Shown piece after piece: positions 61,402 to 64,000 of a stretch of DNA of 64,000 nucleotides. Origin of the DNA: Betaproteobacteria bacterium (lineage in GTDB: Bacteria > Pseudomonadota > Gammaproteobacteria > Burkholderiales > SG8-39); NCBI GenBank assembly GCA_022340705.1, contig JAJDNJ010000143.1:17095-81094 (forward strand). The letters are read 5' to 3'. Made by a program: the position numbers and the translations under genes. Position 1 is the first letter of the stretch, and each line of letters starts with the position of its first letter. The notes under the pieces are model-generated. The model was given only the letters and a program-made list of their open reading frames with translations, searched no databases and was not told the DNA's origin.

Positions 61402-61901
61402 AGCCGTTCCGCGGACTTGGGTGCACTGTCGCGCTTGCGACCCTCTGGGTGCTGACGGCGCATGCCGATCCGGCCACCGTCATCCGGGCGGTCGATCTGA
61501 AGACGGCGCCCGCGAGTGATGCTGAGACGGTCGCCTCGCTCGAGGAGAATGCGACCGTTCAGACCGGCGAACGGCGCGGCGGCTGGGTTCAGGTCCGGAC
61601 CGACGCCGGTGCGAGCGGCTGGCTCAAATTTCTGGCCTTGCGTTTCAGCGGATCGAGCGCGCCAGAGTCGGGCGACAGCGGCATTGCCCAGCTGTTCAAC
61701 GCGGCGCGTAGCGGCAGCTCGGGATCTCAGGCGACAACCGGCGTTCGCGGCCTGGACGCGGAAGATATTTCCTCGGCGCAGCCCAATCCGGCGGCGTTGC
61801 GCAAGATGGACGCTTACGCGGTGAGCGCCGACGAGGCCGATCGCTTTGCCGCCGCCGGACCGTTGCAGGCGCAGAGCGTCGATTACCCGCCGGAGGAATG
61901 A
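61398..61901 (+). CDS. secreted SH3b-domain protein with a Ser/Gly/Ala-rich tail
   Basis: 167 aa. Signal peptide ...LWVLTAHA. SH3-like core RGGWVQVRTDAGASGWL. ATGA overlap with the cyclase. Confidence 0.6.
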   Translation: MKPFRGLGCTVALATLWVLTAHADPATVIRAVDLKTAPASDAETVASLEENATVQTGERRGGWVQVRTDAGASGWLKFLALRFSGSSAPESGDSGIAQLFNAARSGSSGSQATTGVRGLDAEDISSAQPNPAALRKMDAYAVSADEADRFAAAGPLQAQSVDYPPEE

Positions 61902-61902
61902 G

Positions 61903-62754
61903 ATGATGCGCGCGCTCCTGGTGCTCTCCTGCCTGCTGTGCCTCGCGGCCGGTCGCGCGCATGCGCAGTTCAACCTCGACATCAACCGGCTGATCGACAC
62001 GGCGAAGAGCCTCAGCCAGGCGAGCACTGAAATCGACGAGCAGGGCGAAATCGAGATCGGCCGGGACGTGGCGTCGCGCCTGCTCGGCGCGGCGCCGCTG
62101 CATCCAAACACGTCCCTGCAGCGCTACGTCAATGACGTTGGGCGCTGGCTGGCGTCGCGCACCGAGCGCGCCGGACTGCCCTGGCGCTTTGCCGTGCTCG
62201 ATGCGCCGCAAGTGAACGCATTCGCGACCCCCGGGGGATATATCTTCGTGACCGGCGGTCTGGTCGCACGGATGCATTCGGAAGCCGAGCTCGCCGGGGT
62301 GCTCGCGCACGAGATCGTGCACGTGCTGCGCAAGCACCATCTCAAGGCGATTCAGAAAGGTGCCCTCGCGAACGTCGCAAGCAATGTCGTCGCGCTTGCG
62401 CTCCAGGACCGCAACTCGGAGCTGCGCAACCGGCTCGTGTCCTTCGGTACCGAACTCTATGTGCGCGGTCTCGACAAGTCCGACGAGCTCGAAGCCGACC
62501 GCCTTGGCGTGGTGATCGCCGCACGCGGCGGCTACGACCCCTGGGGCCTGCCGGTCGTGCTGCAGACCCTGCAGGCGATGAACCCGGAGGACTCCGCGGT
62601 CGCGCTGATGTTCAAGACCCACCCGGCGCCGACCGAACGACTCGACGCGCTCGAGCAGCGCATGCTGCCGACGCTCGACGCCTATGCCGCGCAGCCGCAG
62701 CTGGCGGATCGCTTTCTCGCGAGCGTCGGCGGCACGAGCGCCAAGCGTCGTTAG
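61903..62754 (+). CDS. secreted M48-family zinc metalloprotease
   Basis: ATG 61903, 1 nt after the SH3 gene stop, with a GGAGGA Shine-Dalgarno. Signal peptide MMRALLVLSCLLCLAAGRAHA. HEIVHVLRKHH plus ELEADRLG. Confidence 0.8.
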   Translation: MMRALLVLSCLLCLAAGRAHAQFNLDINRLIDTAKSLSQASTEIDEQGEIEIGRDVASRLLGAAPLHPNTSLQRYVNDVGRWLASRTERAGLPWRFAVLDAPQVNAFATPGGYIFVTGGLVARMHSEAELAGVLAHEIVHVLRKHHLKAIQKGALANVASNVVALALQDRNSELRNRLVSFGTELYVRGLDKSDELEADRLGVVIAARGGYDPWGLPVVLQTLQAMNPEDSAVALMFKTHPAPTERLDALEQRMLPTLDAYAAQPQLADRFLASVGGTSAKRR

Positions 62755-63809
62755 TCGAGCCGTTCGACTTGCGTACGGCCCGTTGGGCCCGCGCGCTGGT
62801 ACGCCCGCCAGGGCGCCTGGTCGACATCGCGGCACACCCCGTAGCGAAACGGTACGTTGCCACGACCCGGAGTCAGAAAGCGCAGGTCTTCGAACCACAC
62901 GCAGGTCGAGCCATGCGTGATTCCGTCGAAGGCTGGCTTGTCCGCGAACCAGCGAAAGAACGCGAGCGAGGGCGCGTTCCAGGCGTCGCGCGCAAGCTTC
63001 TCGGTCTGCGCCGCGTCGCCATAGCGTGAACGCGTCTCCCAGTGCGCCTGCGCAACGGGGAGGTAGGCGGCATCCAGCCGGGCGAGCAGGCCGGCGTCGG
63101 GCGCAAGCATGAGTGGTTGCTCGCGCACGAGGTTCACGTGCGCAAAATGGTGCGCCCTGTCGTCGCTGACGAAAACCGTCCAGTTGAACGGCGAAAGCGG
63201 CCGGGGCAGCGCGGTCACGCTCGCATCGGCCAGCCCGTGCGTGACGGCATAGCGTGCGCCGATCTCTTCGGCGCGCTGCTTCTGCACCCACTGAAAGCCG
63301 ACATAACCGACGAGCACGATGCTCGCGATGACCGCCGGCAGGCGCGTGCGCCGGAAAAGCGCAGCCGCGACCAGCCCGACGACGATGATTCCGGTAAACC
63401 AGAGATCGATGATGAACGTCGTCCCGAGCGCGGCGCGCCAATCCGATAGCGGCGCGAACACCATGGTGCCGAAACTGGTGATCACGTCGCCGACGATGTG
63501 CGCAGCGAGTGCCAGCGCGCAGACACCGTACAGGGCGCGCCAGCCGCCGGGCTCGCGCAGCAGCTTTGCGAGCACCCAGGACAGGACGAGCGCCCAAAGC
63601 GGCAGCATGAGCAGCGAATGCGTGACGCCGCGGTGAAACTGGAGGTACTTGACCGGACCGAAGAAGCCGATGACGAAATCGAGATCCGGCGCCGCACAGG
63701 CGAAGAACCCGGCCGCAACGCGCCGTGCGATGGCGCCGCGCTGAGCGGCGCTCTGCGACGTCGCGCGCGCGAAGAGCGCACCAGACAGCGCGTGGGTCAG
63801 CGTATCCAT
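62751..63809 (-). CDS. membrane-bound metal-dependent hydrolase, YdjM/YbcI (DUF457)-like, with a C-terminal extension
   Basis: 352 aa. MDTLTHALSGALFARA N-terminus, several TM helices with HxxxD/H contexts, then a ~170-aa soluble C-terminal domain. Confidence 0.68.
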   Translation of the reverse strand: MDTLTHALSGALFARATSQSAAQRGAIARRVAAGFFACAAPDLDFVIGFFGPVKYLQFHRGVTHSLLMLPLWALVLSWVLAKLLREPGGWRALYGVCALALAAHIVGDVITSFGTMVFAPLSDWRAALGTTFIIDLWFTGIIVVGLVAAALFRRTRLPAVIASIVLVGYVGFQWVQKQRAEEIGARYAVTHGLADASVTALPRPLSPFNWTVFVSDDRAHHFAHVNLVREQPLMLAPDAGLLARLDAAYLPVAQAHWETRSRYGDAAQTEKLARDAWNAPSLAFFRWFADKPAFDGITHGSTCVWFEDLRFLTPGRGNVPFRYGVCRDVDQAPWRAYQRAGPTGRTQVERLD

Positions 63810-63833
63810 CGAAGGCGCATGCTACCGCCCGGA

Positions 63834-63933
63834 GGGGGGATCTGAAGGGGGGCGGAGGCGTTTTGCTGCAACCCCCTTTCAACTCGGGGGATCCGAAGGG
63901 GGACGGAGGCGTTTTGCCGCAGCCCTCCTTCAA
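63834..63933. repeat. two tandem copies of a ~50-bp internally palindromic (REP-like) element
   Basis: Copy 1 is GGGGGATCTGAAGGGGGGCGGAGGCGTTTTGCTGCAACCCCCTTTCAA. Copy 2 is GGGGGATCCGAAGGGGGACGGAGGCGTTTTGCCGCAGCCCTCCTTCAA. Each has GAAGGGGG...CCCCCTTC-type inverted arms. The region is intergenic. Confidence 0.7.
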
Positions 63934-63935
63934 GC

Positions 63936-64000
63936 CTACGCGGCGCGCTTCTTACGCTGCGCGTCCCTCGCGTGCATTTGCGCGTAGGCGGCATGCGCCG
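63936..64000 (-). CDS. possible 3' end of an unidentified gene entering from the right edge
   Basis: The minus-strand frame is open to the window edge and ends in TAG (63938-63936). It translates ...AHAAYAQMHARDAQRKKRAA. Only 21 codons are visible and no family assignment is possible. Confidence 0.3.
   Translation of the reverse strand, partial: AHAAYAQMHARDAQRKKRAA

Noticed and set aside
61696-63933. 745-aa minus-strand ORF spanning the SH3, M48, hydrolase and repeat region
   Set aside because: It crosses three independently supported genes on both strands plus an intergenic tandem repeat. The sequence is Arg/Ala-rich with no motifs, so it is a shadow ORF.
63834-63933. Tandem repeat considered as a CRISPR array
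   Set aside because: There are only two directly adjacent copies with no spacers and no cas genes in the window. It fits a REP-like palindromic element better.

Overview
Very GC-rich chromosomal core region with third codon positions almost all G/C. Gene content and synteny look betaproteobacterial; this is inferred from gene order, not from any search. I support about 70 protein genes, one tRNA-Gln(UUG), one SAH riboswitch, several intrinsic terminators and some candidate promoters. I see no rRNA, CRISPR array, transposase, prophage or integrase island. Conserved blocks, left to right: (1) Liv-type ABC importer, gabD, typA; (2) ychF-pth-rplY-prs-tRNAGln-ispE-lolB, mutM, coaD-rsmD, ftsYEX-rpoH; (3) a complete aa3-type cytochrome c oxidase and assembly cluster; (4) bioC, comF, trmL, gpsA-secB-grxC; (5) gpmA-envC-ctp, moeB, slmA, argB, hslVU; (6) a ZIP plus COG0523 zinc module; (7) xerC-DUF484-dapF; (8) metK, riboswitch-ahcY, metF. 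Genes are packed very tightly: many same-strand junctions are ATGA/GTGA overlaps, and four convergent pairs share overlapping stop codons. The many long antisense ORFs in the track are GC-driven shadow frames. I cannot point to an unambiguous new system. The best candidates for uncharacterised biology are: (a) a coupled CHASE2 adenylate cyclase, secreted SH3 protein and secreted M48 protease module; (b) an ECF sigma, minimal soluble zinc anti-sigma and cysteine-rich CWC protein triad; (c) a TIKI/ChaN-PDZ lipoprotein coupled to a secreted M1 peptidase; (d) an amidase overlapping bioC at the position next to comF; (e) an lpxL, GnnA-like and GnnB-like operon; (f) a YgaV-like regulator upstream of rhodanese-grxC-secB. 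All functional calls rest on motif and family recognition by eye and need HMM or BLAST confirmation.
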